38,203 bases of DNA, from contig JAPYOG010000290.1 of NCBI GenBank assembly GCA_028278785.1, forward strand, positions 1 through 38,203, given 5' to 3'. A model generated the notes under the pieces. That model did not search any database. It saw only the letters and a list, made by a program, of their open reading frames with translations, and was not told the origin of the DNA. The position numbers and the translations under genes were made by a program. This DNA comes from Candidatus Poriferisocius anaerobius. GTDB lineage: Bacteria; Actinomycetota; Acidimicrobiia; Acidimicrobiales; Bin134. Below, one piece after another: positions 1 to 10,402 of the stretch; within the stretch, counting starts at the first letter, position 1; each line of letters starts with the position of its first letter.

Positions 1-1
1 G

Positions 2-697
<696 letters not shown>

Positions 698-1307
698 GCC
701 ACAAGAACACTCCGCAGGCTCCGCCCACCACGAATACGAGGAACGGGGCCAACACCCATTGGCGGGCGCCGAACAGCTTGTCGATGGCCTCGACCGGCCA
801 GGCAGCGGCCAGCAGGCCGATCACCACGGCCAGGACGTTCAGCGTCACATGGCGTGGCGTGGCGGGCATCTCGACTCGGCCGAAGCATCCGCAGGGTTCC
901 GCCGATCCCGACCGGACCATTGCTGCGGCCACCACGGTGAACCCGGCATAGAGCGTGGCGAGGGCAGTGGCGGGAACGATGCCGCCCACGATGAAGGCGC
1001 ATACTGCCACCATGAGTTCAACCACCCCCAGGAGCCGCACGGCCCACGGCCGGTGATAGAGATGAAGCCGGGCGAGCGCGGCCGACGCCGATTCGGGGGC
1101 AACCGTCTTTGAGGCGCCCGCAGCCCCCAACAGGACCGCGGCAATCAGATAGACCGCGGCCGCATACTCCATGGGCTATCTCGTGAAGCGGCGCAGGGCG
1201 TGCCTATGGGTGAGCACCCCTTGGGGGCAGCCGCCCGGGGTGATCCAGTTCCGGATGTTCCAGCACAGGCTCCAAGAAGCCCTCAGTCCGTTGTCCACGG
1301 TGTATGT

Positions 1308-1748
1308 CTAGCGCGCTCCCACCCCGGCTGCGGGTTCGGCAAGCGAGCAGTAGGACGCGTGGGAGCGTTGGAGGTGCGTCGGCAGCCGTCGGAGCTGGGC
1401 GTGGTTCAGCGGGGGAAGCCGGCGCCGAACCGCATAGCCGGAGTGTCCTTCAGCGGCAAGGCGGAACATCACCAGCCGGTGCAGGGTTTTGTGGATGCCG
1501 CCGCTGTTTCCCGATTTGGGGCTGATGCCGAGCTGGAGGGAGGCATCGGCCACGGGCAGCTCGAACCCCTCGGGAGAGCTGTCGAACTCGTCGGCGACGT
1601 AGCGCATGAGCCATGCGGCGGTGGGGCCGATGACCCCCAGCCAAAACCGCTCCACATACTGTGATCGGGGGTCGTGTCCGCTCTGTTCGGTGATCAAATC
1701 ACACCAGGGTTCAATCCACAGCGAAGAAGGCAGCAAGAGGGATGTCAT
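1308..1748 (-). CDS. Hypothetical protein, possible winged-helix fold
   Basis: 146-aa ORF with protein-like composition (GHDPRSQYVERFWLGVIGPTAAWLMR; ASLQLGI...LHRLVMFRLA resembles an HTH). Confidence 0.7.
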   Translation of the reverse strand: MTSLLLPSSLWIEPWCDLITEQSGHDPRSQYVERFWLGVIGPTAAWLMRYVADEFDSSPEGFELPVADASLQLGISPKSGNSGGIHKTLHRLVMFRLAAEGHSGYAVRRRLPPLNHAQLRRLPTHLQRSHASYCSLAEPAAGVGAR

Positions 1749-1946
1749 GGGAGGATCGTTTCTGCCGGCAGTTGCCGGCGATATGCTGAGGGGAAGATTT
1801 CAATGTGTTCTAGTCATGTTCATGTGCTTTGTCAATAGGATTTCGGCTGTGGGCGTCTTGGGGTTGGTGAAATCGGACTAACTCGGTAGGATTTATGGGG
1901 AATACATTCCCCATGAGACCCCAGCATTGTCGAGGTGACCGCTGCC

Positions 1947-3110
1947 ATGCCGACGTTCAGAGAGCTGCTCAGGCAAGCCAAAGCTGAGATCCGAGAGACC
2001 GATCCGGCCGGCGCCCACGCCATGCTGGCCGCGGGGGCGGTGCTTTTGGACGTGCGAGAGCCAGACGAGTTCGAGCAGGGGGCGGTTCCCGGAACGGCAC
2101 ACATTCCCCGCGGCAACCTCGAGGCCAATGTGGAGACCCGCCTGCCCGACAAGGGCGCCCCGGTGGTGGTCATGTGCGCGGGCGGGGTGCGCTCGGCGTT
2201 TGCCGCCAAGACCCTCCAGGACATGGGCTATCGCGACGTGGTGTCCATGGACGGCGGTTTCAACCGCTGGAAGGACGAGGGCCGGGACTGGTCTCTGCCG
2301 GCCATGCTCGGCCCGGAGCAGCGCAATCGCTACCACCGCCACCTGCTGTTGCCCGAGGTGGGGGAGGAGGGCCAGCTCAGGCTTTTGGAGGCCAGGGTTC
2401 TGTGCTTGGGCGCCGGCGGGCTGGGCTCTCCCGCGGCCCTGTATCTTGCCGCCGCGGGAGTGGGCACCATCGGCATCGTGGACATGGACGCGGTGGACGC
2501 CTCCAACCTCCAGCGCCAGATTCTCCACAACTTCGACCGGGTGGGCGAGCGCAAGGTCGACTCGGCCAAGAAGACGCTCAATGCCCTGAACCCGGATGTG
2601 AACGTGGTGGCCTACGACGTGCGGCTGGGCGCCGACAACATCGTCGACATCATCAAGGACTACGACGTGATCGTGGACGGGGCCGACAACTTCCCGGTGC
2701 GCTACATGCTCAACGACGCCTCGGTGAAACTGGGCATACCCGTTGTCCATGGATCGATCTTCCGATTCGAGGGCCAGGTCACGGTGTTCGATCCCCGCAA
2801 CGGCCCAACCTACCGCGACATGATCCCCGAGCCGCCTCCCGCCGAGATGGCCCCGAGCTGCGCGGAAGCCGGAGTGCTCGGAGTGCTCCCCGGCATAGTG
2901 GGCTCGATCCAGGCGCTGGAGGCCATCAAGCTCATCCTGGGCCACGGCAACACGCTGGTGGGACGGCTGCTGGCCTTTGACGCCAGCGAGATGTCGTTCC
3001 GGGAGTACAAGCTGCGGCCCGATCCCGACCAGCCCGTCACCTGGGAGAACCGCGACAAGATCCAAGTCGTCGAGCTCGACGGCCTCTGCGCCCCCGCCCC
3101 GGTCGCCTAG
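1947..3110 (+). CDS. moeB: Rhodanese + ThiF/MoeB adenylyltransferase fusion
   Basis: N-terminal rhodanese (LDVREPDEF, CAGGVRS); ThiF domain (RYHRHLLLPEVG, GAGGLGSP, SNLQRQ, SCAEAGVLG); alternative GTG start at 1935. Confidence 0.92.
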   Translation: MPTFRELLRQAKAEIRETDPAGAHAMLAAGAVLLDVREPDEFEQGAVPGTAHIPRGNLEANVETRLPDKGAPVVVMCAGGVRSAFAAKTLQDMGYRDVVSMDGGFNRWKDEGRDWSLPAMLGPEQRNRYHRHLLLPEVGEEGQLRLLEARVLCLGAGGLGSPAALYLAAAGVGTIGIVDMDAVDASNLQRQILHNFDRVGERKVDSAKKTLNALNPDVNVVAYDVRLGADNIVDIIKDYDVIVDGADNFPVRYMLNDASVKLGIPVVHGSIFRFEGQVTVFDPRNGPTYRDMIPEPPPAEMAPSCAEAGVLGVLPGIVGSIQALEAIKLILGHGNTLVGRLLAFDASEMSFREYKLRPDPDQPVTWENRDKIQVVELDGLCAPAPVA

Positions 3111-3481
3111 CCCCCGGTGTCCTCGGGCTGGGCGACCTCCTCCTGGGCCTCGAGTTCTCGGCGCAGCAGCGCCACCTCCTCCATGAGTATCTGGATTCGC
3201 TGCTCGGTGCGGCTCAGCTCTGACGAGTACTGCACCAGCACGATCAGCACGAAGCCGAGGGCGGCCATGAACACCAGCGACGGGGTGTAGTCCACCCCGA
3301 GCCAGCCGCCTGCGGTGTCGACCATGTCGGGGGCGGCGGCCAGCACCAGCATCAACGCCGAGGTGACCGTCCACAGAAGCCCGTATTTGGAGCCCATTCC
3401 CCCTCGCCGCTGGAGCTTCAAGATGACGGCCACCACCATCGCGGCCAGCAGAGCGGAGACGATTCTGGCGGTGATGCTCAT
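3107..3481 (-). CDS. DUF2304-family small membrane protein (Rv3632/GacJ-like GT2 partner)
   Basis: Three TM helices, LGVDYTPSLVF motif, C-terminal coiled coil (LMEEVALL), directly downstream of a GT2. Confidence 0.85.
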   Translation of the reverse strand: MSITARIVSALLAAMVVAVILKLQRRGGMGSKYGLLWTVTSALMLVLAAAPDMVDTAGGWLGVDYTPSLVFMAALGFVLIVLVQYSSELSRTEQRIQILMEEVALLRRELEAQEEVAQPEDTGG

Positions 3482-3524
3482 GGCCTGCCCTCAACCGGGC
3501 CGGCGGCAGATTTGGCGGCAATTG

Positions 3525-4229
3525 TCATGTTCGACCTCCGATGAAGACTGCGAGCAGGGTTCGCACATAGTGGAATGCCAAAGCCGCCCCCCGAGCGGAC
3601 GGCTCGCCTCCTTGGCGGGGCGCCATCGCCACCGGCACCTCTTCGATGCAGAGCCCGGCCCGAGCGGCCAGCGACAGACCCAGGAGGTTGTCGAGGTAGC
3701 CGGCGGGAAGCTGCTGTGAGAACAGCTCCACCCCCGGCCTCGACAGTGCCCAAAACCCCGAGGTTGGATCGGTGAGCACAACCCCGCGGCGCAATCGCAG
3801 CACTCGGCTGACAATCCCCATGGCCACCCGGCGGGTGCGCGACACGGCATAGGCGACGGGGGAGTCGGGGTGGAACCTGCTGCCCAGCACCAGATCGGCC
3901 CCCGAGCGGCAGGCGGCCAAAAGGGCGGGTATCTCGCTGGCGATGTGCTGGCCGTCGGCGTCGAGCACCACCGCGTAGTCCCACTGGCGGCTGGCCGCGT
4001 AGCGGAACCCCAGCCGCAGGGCGGCGCCGTATCCCATGTTCACCGGCAATCGCAGCACCACAGCGCCCCCCGACGCGGCTGCGCCGGCGGTGGCGTCGCT
4101 GGATCCGTCGTCCACCACCACGATCTCCACCGCCCCCGTGCAGGCCTGCTGCACTTCTGCAACCACTGCGCCCACGGTGAGTGCCTCGTTGTAGGCCGGG
4201 ATCACGACGATCAGCCCGGGGGCGTCCAC
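3525..4229 (-). CDS. Glycosyltransferase family 2, DPM1-like polyprenyl-phosphate sugar synthase
   Basis: VIPAYNEA, VVDDGSSD, NMGYGAAL, DADGQH, GSRF, DPTSGF motifs; GTG start 6 nt after a TATGCT -10. Confidence 0.92.
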   Translation of the reverse strand: MDAPGLIVVIPAYNEALTVGAVVAEVQQACTGAVEIVVVDDGSSDATAGAAASGGAVVLRLPVNMGYGAALRLGFRYAASRQWDYAVVLDADGQHIASEIPALLAACRSGADLVLGSRFHPDSPVAYAVSRTRRVAMGIVSRVLRLRRGVVLTDPTSGFWALSRPGVELFSQQLPAGYLDNLLGLSLAARAGLCIEEVPVAMAPRQGGEPSARGAALAFHYVRTLLAVFIGGRT

Positions 4230-4249
4230 CGCCAAAGCATAGTGTCAGA

Positions 4250-5638
4250 TCAGGCGGCCACACCCGCCAGGGTCGCTCCCGCTGCGGCCAGCACCACTGC
4301 GGTCGCCGCCCAGCGGACACAGCGGTTGTCGAGCACCGGCACCAGCGCGGCGGCTGCGAACGGCAAGAGCGACAGCCCGTAGCGGGGATTCGTGTCGAAG
4401 TAGACCCCCAGCGTCAGGTAGCCGGCGATCATGGTCACCACCCCGGTAGCGGTCATCGCGGCAACGGACGCCCCTGCCAGAGCCCGGTGATTCGATCCCT
4501 TGGCTGTACACACCGCGACCGCGCCCAAACCTGCCAGCACCAGCAGGTTGAGGAGGTCGCCAAGGGGTTCCAGCAGGCTGCGCGGCAGGGTGTCGGGCAC
4601 AAATGGATCCCGCAGGGGAGTGAGCGCGGAGAACAGCTCGTCGCCGAGGTTGTCCCATTGGAAGCTGTCCACCCGATAGATGGCGTTGGTGGGCAACTGC
4701 TCGGCGGGAATGTGGCCCCGGGCATCCTGCACCGCCGACCACACCAGGATTGATGCGACCGCCAATGCCAAAGCGGCCCCCACAACCGCCCACCTGCTGC
4801 GGAGTTGGCGCGTGGTCAGGTTGTCGCGCCGCTGCCAGGCCCGCAGCGCCAGGTACGCAGCGGCTGCTCCCACCGCCACCGAGTTGGTGAACTTGAGCCA
4901 TACCGCGACCAGCGACGCCAGCGGGAGCAGCCATCCCGGCGCCCGGCCGGCGTCCCATCGCAGCGCGGCGGCGAGCACCAGCGCACCTCCCAGCAAGGCG
5001 GTGGCGTCGGGGTTGATGATCGAGGACTCGTGCAGCACGGTGGGCGACACCGCCAGCGAGCCGATCAGCAGCGCCTTGACCCAGGTTGACGCCCCCAGGC
5101 CGGCGAGTGCGTGCCAGACAACGGCGGCCGCAGCCCCGAGCCAGAGCATTCCCACCAGCCGGGCCCCAGTCGCCGGGCTGCCCACGCCGGGCGCAGCCTC
5201 GATCACCATGCCGCCCACCGCAGTAGCGGTGTAGTACACCGGCGGGTGGGGCGACGCCGTGTTGAGCCCCGAGTTGGGGAATTGGCCGGGAGTCAGCTCC
5301 GGGGATTCGCAGGGGGGCAGATGAGCACGGGGGACGCTGTCCGGGTTGAGGGTTTCGATTCCCCTCTCGCCGGTCAGGTGCAGCCAGTCGCCCAAGGCGT
5401 CGATCCCCAGCCGCAGCGGATAGTCGATGCCCCGGCAGGCCGCCTCCCGCATCGCCTCTTGGCCGATGGAGTCGCCGTGGCGGGGCACATGGAACGGCGA
5501 CTTCAAGGCGTAGTCCATGTGCTGGAGCTCGTCGATGTGCGACAGCGCGGGGTGATCGCGCACATGCAGCGCCACCAGCACCGCCAATGCCACCAGCAGC
5601 GCGGCGAGGGCAACGCGGTCCCGGTTCTGAGCAAACAC
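4250..5638 (-). CDS. Polytopic membrane protein, GT-C-like glycosyltransferase (paralogue A)
   Basis: TM1 followed by IDELQH (DE motif), HPPVYY, INPDA, LKFT and C-terminal PRY motifs typical of GT-C/PMT-like proteins. Confidence 0.7.
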   Translation of the reverse strand: MFAQNRDRVALAALLVALAVLVALHVRDHPALSHIDELQHMDYALKSPFHVPRHGDSIGQEAMREAACRGIDYPLRLGIDALGDWLHLTGERGIETLNPDSVPRAHLPPCESPELTPGQFPNSGLNTASPHPPVYYTATAVGGMVIEAAPGVGSPATGARLVGMLWLGAAAAVVWHALAGLGASTWVKALLIGSLAVSPTVLHESSIINPDATALLGGALVLAAALRWDAGRAPGWLLPLASLVAVWLKFTNSVAVGAAAAYLALRAWQRRDNLTTRQLRSRWAVVGAALALAVASILVWSAVQDARGHIPAEQLPTNAIYRVDSFQWDNLGDELFSALTPLRDPFVPDTLPRSLLEPLGDLLNLLVLAGLGAVAVCTAKGSNHRALAGASVAAMTATGVVTMIAGYLTLGVYFDTNPRYGLSLLPFAAAALVPVLDNRCVRWAATAVVLAAAGATLAGVAA

Positions 5639-5682
5639 CCCCTAAGGGTAGACACAGGCCCATGTGCGTTAGCGTGCCGGTC

Positions 5683-7599
5683 GTGGATCGGACGACCATG
5701 GTGGGCGGCGTGTGGGCAAGGCTTGCCTCGGTTCCCAAGGCCGATTGGGCCGTTCTGGTCGGCGTGCTGGCGGTGGTCGTGTCCATTGTGGCTTTGCAGG
5801 TGCGGGACCATCCCCAGTTCTCTCGAGTGGACGAGCTCCAGCACTACGACTACGCGCTGAAATCGCCGTCTGCCGGTGTGCGAATAGGCGAGCAATACGG
5901 ATTGGAGGCCATGCGGGCAGTGGCCTGCCGGGGAATCGACCTGCCGGGCTGGGCGCCGGGCACACCGCGGCTGTCGGAGTGCGGCGACCCGCTGCCCGAC
6001 CCGACCCGGTCGCACTCGAATGGCTACAACACCGCGTACCTGCACACACCGGCCTATTACACGGCGACGGCCCTGGTCGGGGAGGCAGTGCTGCGGCTTC
6101 CCTGGGTGGAGAGCTCTTTGGTGGCGTATCGACTGGTGGGATCGGCCTGGCTGGCCGCCGGCCTGCTGCTGGTGTGGTATGCGCTCGGCTTGGTGAATCT
6201 GGGGGTCTGGGGTCGGGCGGCATTGGTGGGCCTGCTGGGAGTCTCGCCGGTTGTGGTCCACGCGTCGGCCCTCATGAATCCAGACGCCACCGCCATCCTG
6301 GGCGGGGCGCTGGTGTTGGTGGCGCTGATCAAATGGGAGACGGGGAAATGGCCTTGGTGGTCGATGACCGCCGCGACCGCGCTCGCAGTGTGGCTCAAGC
6401 CGACCAATGCTGCTGCGGCAGGGGTTTTGGCGGCGTACCTGGTGCTCCGGCTCTGGCAGGAACGCAGGAATCCCCTCGCAGACCAGTTACGACAAGGGGA
6501 CCAGTTCCGACAGGGGGCGGGTCAACGGGTGAAGGCGGCTCTCAGCTCCGCTCTCGTGACCTTTGCAGCGGTTTTGGGCTGGCGACTGTGGCAGAGCCAC
6601 CGCCAACTGGACGAGGAGAACGACCTTCCCATCCACGCAGACGAGCGATTCGACGATTTCCAATGGACCTCCCTTGACGACCAGCTCCGAGCTGTGGTCA
6701 CACCATTTCGAGATCAGTGGATACCCGAGGGCTTGCCCCGCAGCGTGCTGGCGCCCCTCAGCGGCATCGCCGACCTCGGGTTGCTTGCGCTTCTGGGAGC
6801 AGCGGTGGCGGTCACTGCGGCCAAGTCGGCCCACCGAGCCCTGGTGGCCGGTGTGTTTGCGGCAATGGCGGGAATGGGAGTGGTGACGATGGTCTCGTTC
6901 CACTTGGCGCTGGGGCGCGACTCGCTCGCCCCGGGGAGGTATGGCCTCGCGATCCTGCCGTTTGCCGCAGTGGCCGTCGCCCCCGTGGTGCGCCGCCACC
7001 TGCTTGCCAAGCTGGTCATAACGGCACTGGCCTGCGCTACCGCGGGCGCCATGCTCTACGGGGTGGTTTGGCACGGACCCAAGCCCGCCATCGCGGTCTC
7101 GCCCGACAGCGACACGTCTATGGGCGTCTGGTGCTCGACCACGTCCACATCTTATTTTTGGCGTTGGAACGAGGTGGAGGACGCAACCGCCTATCACGTC
7201 AGCTTCGACGGGTGGGCGTGGCAGGCCCATGAGGGCACGACTTTGAGCCTGTCCGGCCAACCGGCCGACACCGAGGCCGTGCTCTATGTGCAGGCGGGCA
7301 GCACAGACGCATGGGACAGCGGGCCCTCCGCAAGCAGAGCATGCCGCACCGCTCCGGCCGGAAAACCCGAGGCGACCTGCACTGCAACCCCGGCGTCGTT
7401 CACCTGGCAGTGGCATCCGGTGGACGACGCCACCCGGTACCGGGTCAGGTCGGATCCGGACCACCCCTGGTTCGAGGTCGACTGGCTCGCGACCACCGTC
7501 CACAGAGCCCCCGTTGCCGGTGACGTGCTGTATGTGCAGGCGGGTAACCCCGACGGGTGGAACCTCGAAGGCACGGCGGAGGCAGTCTGCCTCCCATGA
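5683..7599 (+). CDS. GT-C-like membrane protein (paralogue B) with two C-terminal FN3-like repeats
   Basis: Collinear with paralogue A (VDELQHYDYALKSP, HTPAYY, MNPDA, LKPT, PGRY); extra tail with two repeats of pattern C..T..S..W.W..V.DAT.Y.V...VLYVQAG...W...C; start inferred from TAGCGT -10 at 5670-5675. Confidence 0.7.
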   Translation: MDRTTMVGGVWARLASVPKADWAVLVGVLAVVVSIVALQVRDHPQFSRVDELQHYDYALKSPSAGVRIGEQYGLEAMRAVACRGIDLPGWAPGTPRLSECGDPLPDPTRSHSNGYNTAYLHTPAYYTATALVGEAVLRLPWVESSLVAYRLVGSAWLAAGLLLVWYALGLVNLGVWGRAALVGLLGVSPVVVHASALMNPDATAILGGALVLVALIKWETGKWPWWSMTAATALAVWLKPTNAAAAGVLAAYLVLRLWQERRNPLADQLRQGDQFRQGAGQRVKAALSSALVTFAAVLGWRLWQSHRQLDEENDLPIHADERFDDFQWTSLDDQLRAVVTPFRDQWIPEGLPRSVLAPLSGIADLGLLALLGAAVAVTAAKSAHRALVAGVFAAMAGMGVVTMVSFHLALGRDSLAPGRYGLAILPFAAVAVAPVVRRHLLAKLVITALACATAGAMLYGVVWHGPKPAIAVSPDSDTSMGVWCSTTSTSYFWRWNEVEDATAYHVSFDGWAWQAHEGTTLSLSGQPADTEAVLYVQAGSTDAWDSGPSASRACRTAPAGKPEATCTATPASFTWQWHPVDDATRYRVRSDPDHPWFEVDWLATTVHRAPVAGDVLYVQAGNPDGWNLEGTAEAVCLP

Positions 7600-7666
7600 A
7601 CCCGATCTGGGCTCTTCTGCTCGAGCAGCGTCGCCAGCCGGCAGGGGGCCGTACACTGAGGGGCGA

Positions 7667-8749
7667 ATGAAGGGGTTGATCTTGTCGGGCGGCGCGGGCA
7701 CGAGGCTGCGCCCGCTCACCCACACGCGGGCTAAGCAGCTAGTGCCAATCGCCAACAAGCCGGTGCTGTTCTACGGCATCGAGGACATGGCCGCCGCCGG
7801 GATCTCCGAAATCGCCATCGTGGTGGGCGACACCCACCAAGAGATCCGGGAGGCGGTGGGCGACGGGTCGCGCTTCGGGGTCGACGTTGACTACATACGA
7901 CAGCAGGCGCCGCTGGGATTGGCCCACTGCGTACACATCGCCTGGGACTTCCTGGGCGACGACTCCTTCGTTATGTACCTGGGCGACAACATGCTGGAGC
8001 AGGGGCTGGCCGAGTTCGTCGAGGAGTTCGAGGCGCAGCAGGAGCAGAGCCCCGATCCGAGCCGGGCGCAGATCCTGCTCGCCCCGGTGGAGAACCCGTC
8101 GGCGTTCGGGGTGGCCGAACTGGGTCCGGGCGGCGATGTGGTGAGTCTCGTGGAGAAGCCCGCCGACCCGCCCTCCAACCTGGCTCTGGCGGGGGTGTAC
8201 ATCTTCGACTCCGCCATCCACGAGGCGGTCCGGGCCATCGAGCCTTCGGCCCGGGGCGAGCTGGAGATCACCGACGCCATCGAATGGCTCATTCGCAGCG
8301 GCCATCGGGTGAGCCATCGGCTGCTGGACGGCTGGTGGATAGACACGGGCAAGAAGGATCCGCTGCTGGAGTGCAATCGGCTGGTGCTCGACACCGTGGT
8401 CCGGCGAGTGGAGGGCGCGGTGGACGGCGCATCCAGGGTCGAGGGGCGGGTGGTGGTGGCGCAAGGGGCCGAGATCGTCAACTCCACGGTGCGGGGCCCG
8501 GCGGTGATCGGCGCTAACACCCGCATCGAGAACACCTTCATCGGCCCTTACACATCCATCGGCGACGAGTGCGCGATCACTGACACCGAGCTGGACCACT
8601 CGGTGGTTCTGGAAGGCTGCCGGATCGAGGGCGCAAATCGGATAACCGACTCCCTGATCGGCCAGCACGTGCAGGTGACCCGCTCATCGGAGCGCCGCCA
8701 GGCCTCCCGGCTCATGCTGGGGGACCACTCCCATCTGGAATTGGGATAG
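7667..8749 (+). CDS. rfbA: Glucose-1-phosphate thymidylyltransferase (long form)
   Basis: MKGLILSGGAGTRLRPLT, KQLVPIANKP, YLGDN, PSARGELEITDA, hexapeptide-repeat tail. Confidence 0.95.
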   Translation: MKGLILSGGAGTRLRPLTHTRAKQLVPIANKPVLFYGIEDMAAAGISEIAIVVGDTHQEIREAVGDGSRFGVDVDYIRQQAPLGLAHCVHIAWDFLGDDSFVMYLGDNMLEQGLAEFVEEFEAQQEQSPDPSRAQILLAPVENPSAFGVAELGPGGDVVSLVEKPADPPSNLALAGVYIFDSAIHEAVRAIEPSARGELEITDAIEWLIRSGHRVSHRLLDGWWIDTGKKDPLLECNRLVLDTVVRRVEGAVDGASRVEGRVVVAQGAEIVNSTVRGPAVIGANTRIENTFIGPYTSIGDECAITDTELDHSVVLEGCRIEGANRITDSLIGQHVQVTRSSERRQASRLMLGDHSHLELG

Positions 8750-8789
8750 GGTCCATGTCGACTGGTGGCAGCTCCTTCGGCAATCGGGG

Positions 8790-9371
8790 ATGGCGACAGT
8801 GGCCGAAGTAAGACCTTGTGAGGCGATTGCCGGCGTGTTCATCGCGTCCCCCGCCATCCATGGTGACGAGCGGGGCGTCTTTGTGGAGACCTACCGGCGG
8901 GAGTGGATTCCCGGGGCGCGAGAGATGGTCCAGGCCAACCGGGGCGACCGGCGGGCGGGCTCGGTGGTGGGCCTGCACTACCACCTGCACCAGGCGGACT
9001 ACTGGTACGTGCCGGTCGGCTGTGCCCGGGTGATTCTCCACGATCTGAGGTCGGGATCGCCCACCGATGGGCGCACCGTGGCGCTGCCCCTGGGCGCCGA
9101 GCCCACAGGAGCCAACCGCCACCGGGGGGTCTACATTCCGCCAGGGGTGGCCCACGGGTTCGCGGCCTTGTCGGACATGACCATCACCTATCTCGTGGAC
9201 GGCTACTACAACCCGGACGACGAGCTCGGAGTGGCCTGGGACGACCCCCGGATAGGCGCCGACTGGGGGGTGGAGAGCCCAGTCTTGTCGGCGCGGGACC
9301 AGGCCAATCCCCGCCGCTCGGAGATCGCCGATCGGCTGATTCCCCGGTTTGGGCCATCGGACCCGACATGA
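8790..9371 (+). CDS. rfbC: dTDP-4-dehydrorhamnose 3,5-epimerase
   Basis: GDERGVFVE, GLHYH, DLRSGSPT, IPPGVAHGF, WDDP, LSARD. Confidence 0.93.
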   Translation: MATVAEVRPCEAIAGVFIASPAIHGDERGVFVETYRREWIPGAREMVQANRGDRRAGSVVGLHYHLHQADYWYVPVGCARVILHDLRSGSPTDGRTVALPLGAEPTGANRHRGVYIPPGVAHGFAALSDMTITYLVDGYYNPDDELGVAWDDPRIGADWGVESPVLSARDQANPRRSEIADRLIPRFGPSDPT

Positions 9372-9430
9372 GAGTCTCGGACGTCCCGCACCGCCTGATT
9401 CCCCGGCTCGGGTTGCCGGGTCCGACATGA
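9368..9430 (+). CDS. Putative 20-aa mini-ORF MRVSDVPHRLIPRLGLPGPT derived from a duplicated rfbC 3' end
   Basis: Its ATG overlaps the rfbC stop (ATGA 9368-9371) and its TGA overlaps the rfbB ATG (ATGA 9427-9430). Confidence 0.4.
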   Translation: MRVSDVPHRLIPRLGLPGPT

Positions 9431-10389
9431 GGATCCTGGTAACGGGGGGCGCCGGGTTCATCGGCTCCAACTACGCGCGGTGGGTGCTGTCCAACACCGA
9501 CGACTCCGTGGTTGTGTACGACGCCCTCACCTATGCCGGAAACCGCGAGAATCTGCGCGAAGTCCGCGGCTGTTCCCGACTGGCCTTCATCCAGGGCGAC
9601 GTTTGCGACCGAGACGGGTTGGCCGAGGCAATGGCGGGCTGCGATGCGGTGGTCCATTTTGCGGCGGAGAGCCATGTGGACCGCTCCATCGTCGGGCCCG
9701 ACGCCTTCGTGCGCACCAACTGCGGCGGCACCAATGTGGTGTGCGACACCGCACGGCTGCACGAGCTGGACAAGGTGGTCCACGTGTCCACCGACGAGGT
9801 GTACGGGTCTATCCAGCAGGGCTCGTTCACCGAGTCCGACCGGCTGGCGCCCCGCTCGCCCTACTCGGCGTCCAAGGCCGGGGCCGACCTGATCGCACTG
9901 GCCTATCGGGAGACCTTCGGCCTGCCGGTTGCCATCACACGAGCCACCAACAACTTCGGCCCCTACCAGCACCCGGAAAAGCTGGTCCCCCTCTTTACCA
10001 CCAACCTGTTGGACGGGCTGGCCGTGCCCTTGTACGGCGATGGCTTGAACGTGCGGGACTGGTGTCATGTGGACGACAACTGCACGGCCATCGACTTGGT
10101 CCTGCGCCGGGGGCAGCCGGGGGAGATATACAACATCGCGGGGGGAAACGAGCTCGCAAACCTGGATCTGACACTCCGCCTGCTGGCGCTGTGCGGCCGG
10201 GATGAATCGCTCATCCGCCACGTGGACGACCGATTGGGCCACGACCGGCGCTATTCGGTGGACGCGTCCAAGATCGGTGAGCTGGGGTGGTCGCCGAGCC
10301 GCTGCATGGAAGAGGCCCTGGCCGCCACCGTGGACTGGTATCGGGAGAACCGCTGGTGGTGGGAGCCCCTCAAGAAAGCCGCAGCATGA
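9427..10389 (+). CDS. rfbB: dTDP-glucose 4,6-dehydratase
   Basis: MRILVTGGAGFIGSN, HFAAESHVDRSI, STDEVYG, YSASKA, RLGHDRRY. Confidence 0.96.
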   Translation: MRILVTGGAGFIGSNYARWVLSNTDDSVVVYDALTYAGNRENLREVRGCSRLAFIQGDVCDRDGLAEAMAGCDAVVHFAAESHVDRSIVGPDAFVRTNCGGTNVVCDTARLHELDKVVHVSTDEVYGSIQQGSFTESDRLAPRSPYSASKAGADLIALAYRETFGLPVAITRATNNFGPYQHPEKLVPLFTTNLLDGLAVPLYGDGLNVRDWCHVDDNCTAIDLVLRRGQPGEIYNIAGGNELANLDLTLRLLALCGRDESLIRHVDDRLGHDRRYSVDASKIGELGWSPSRCMEEALAATVDWYRENRWWWEPLKKAAA

Positions 10390-10402
10390 GGGGCGCGGGG
10401 CT

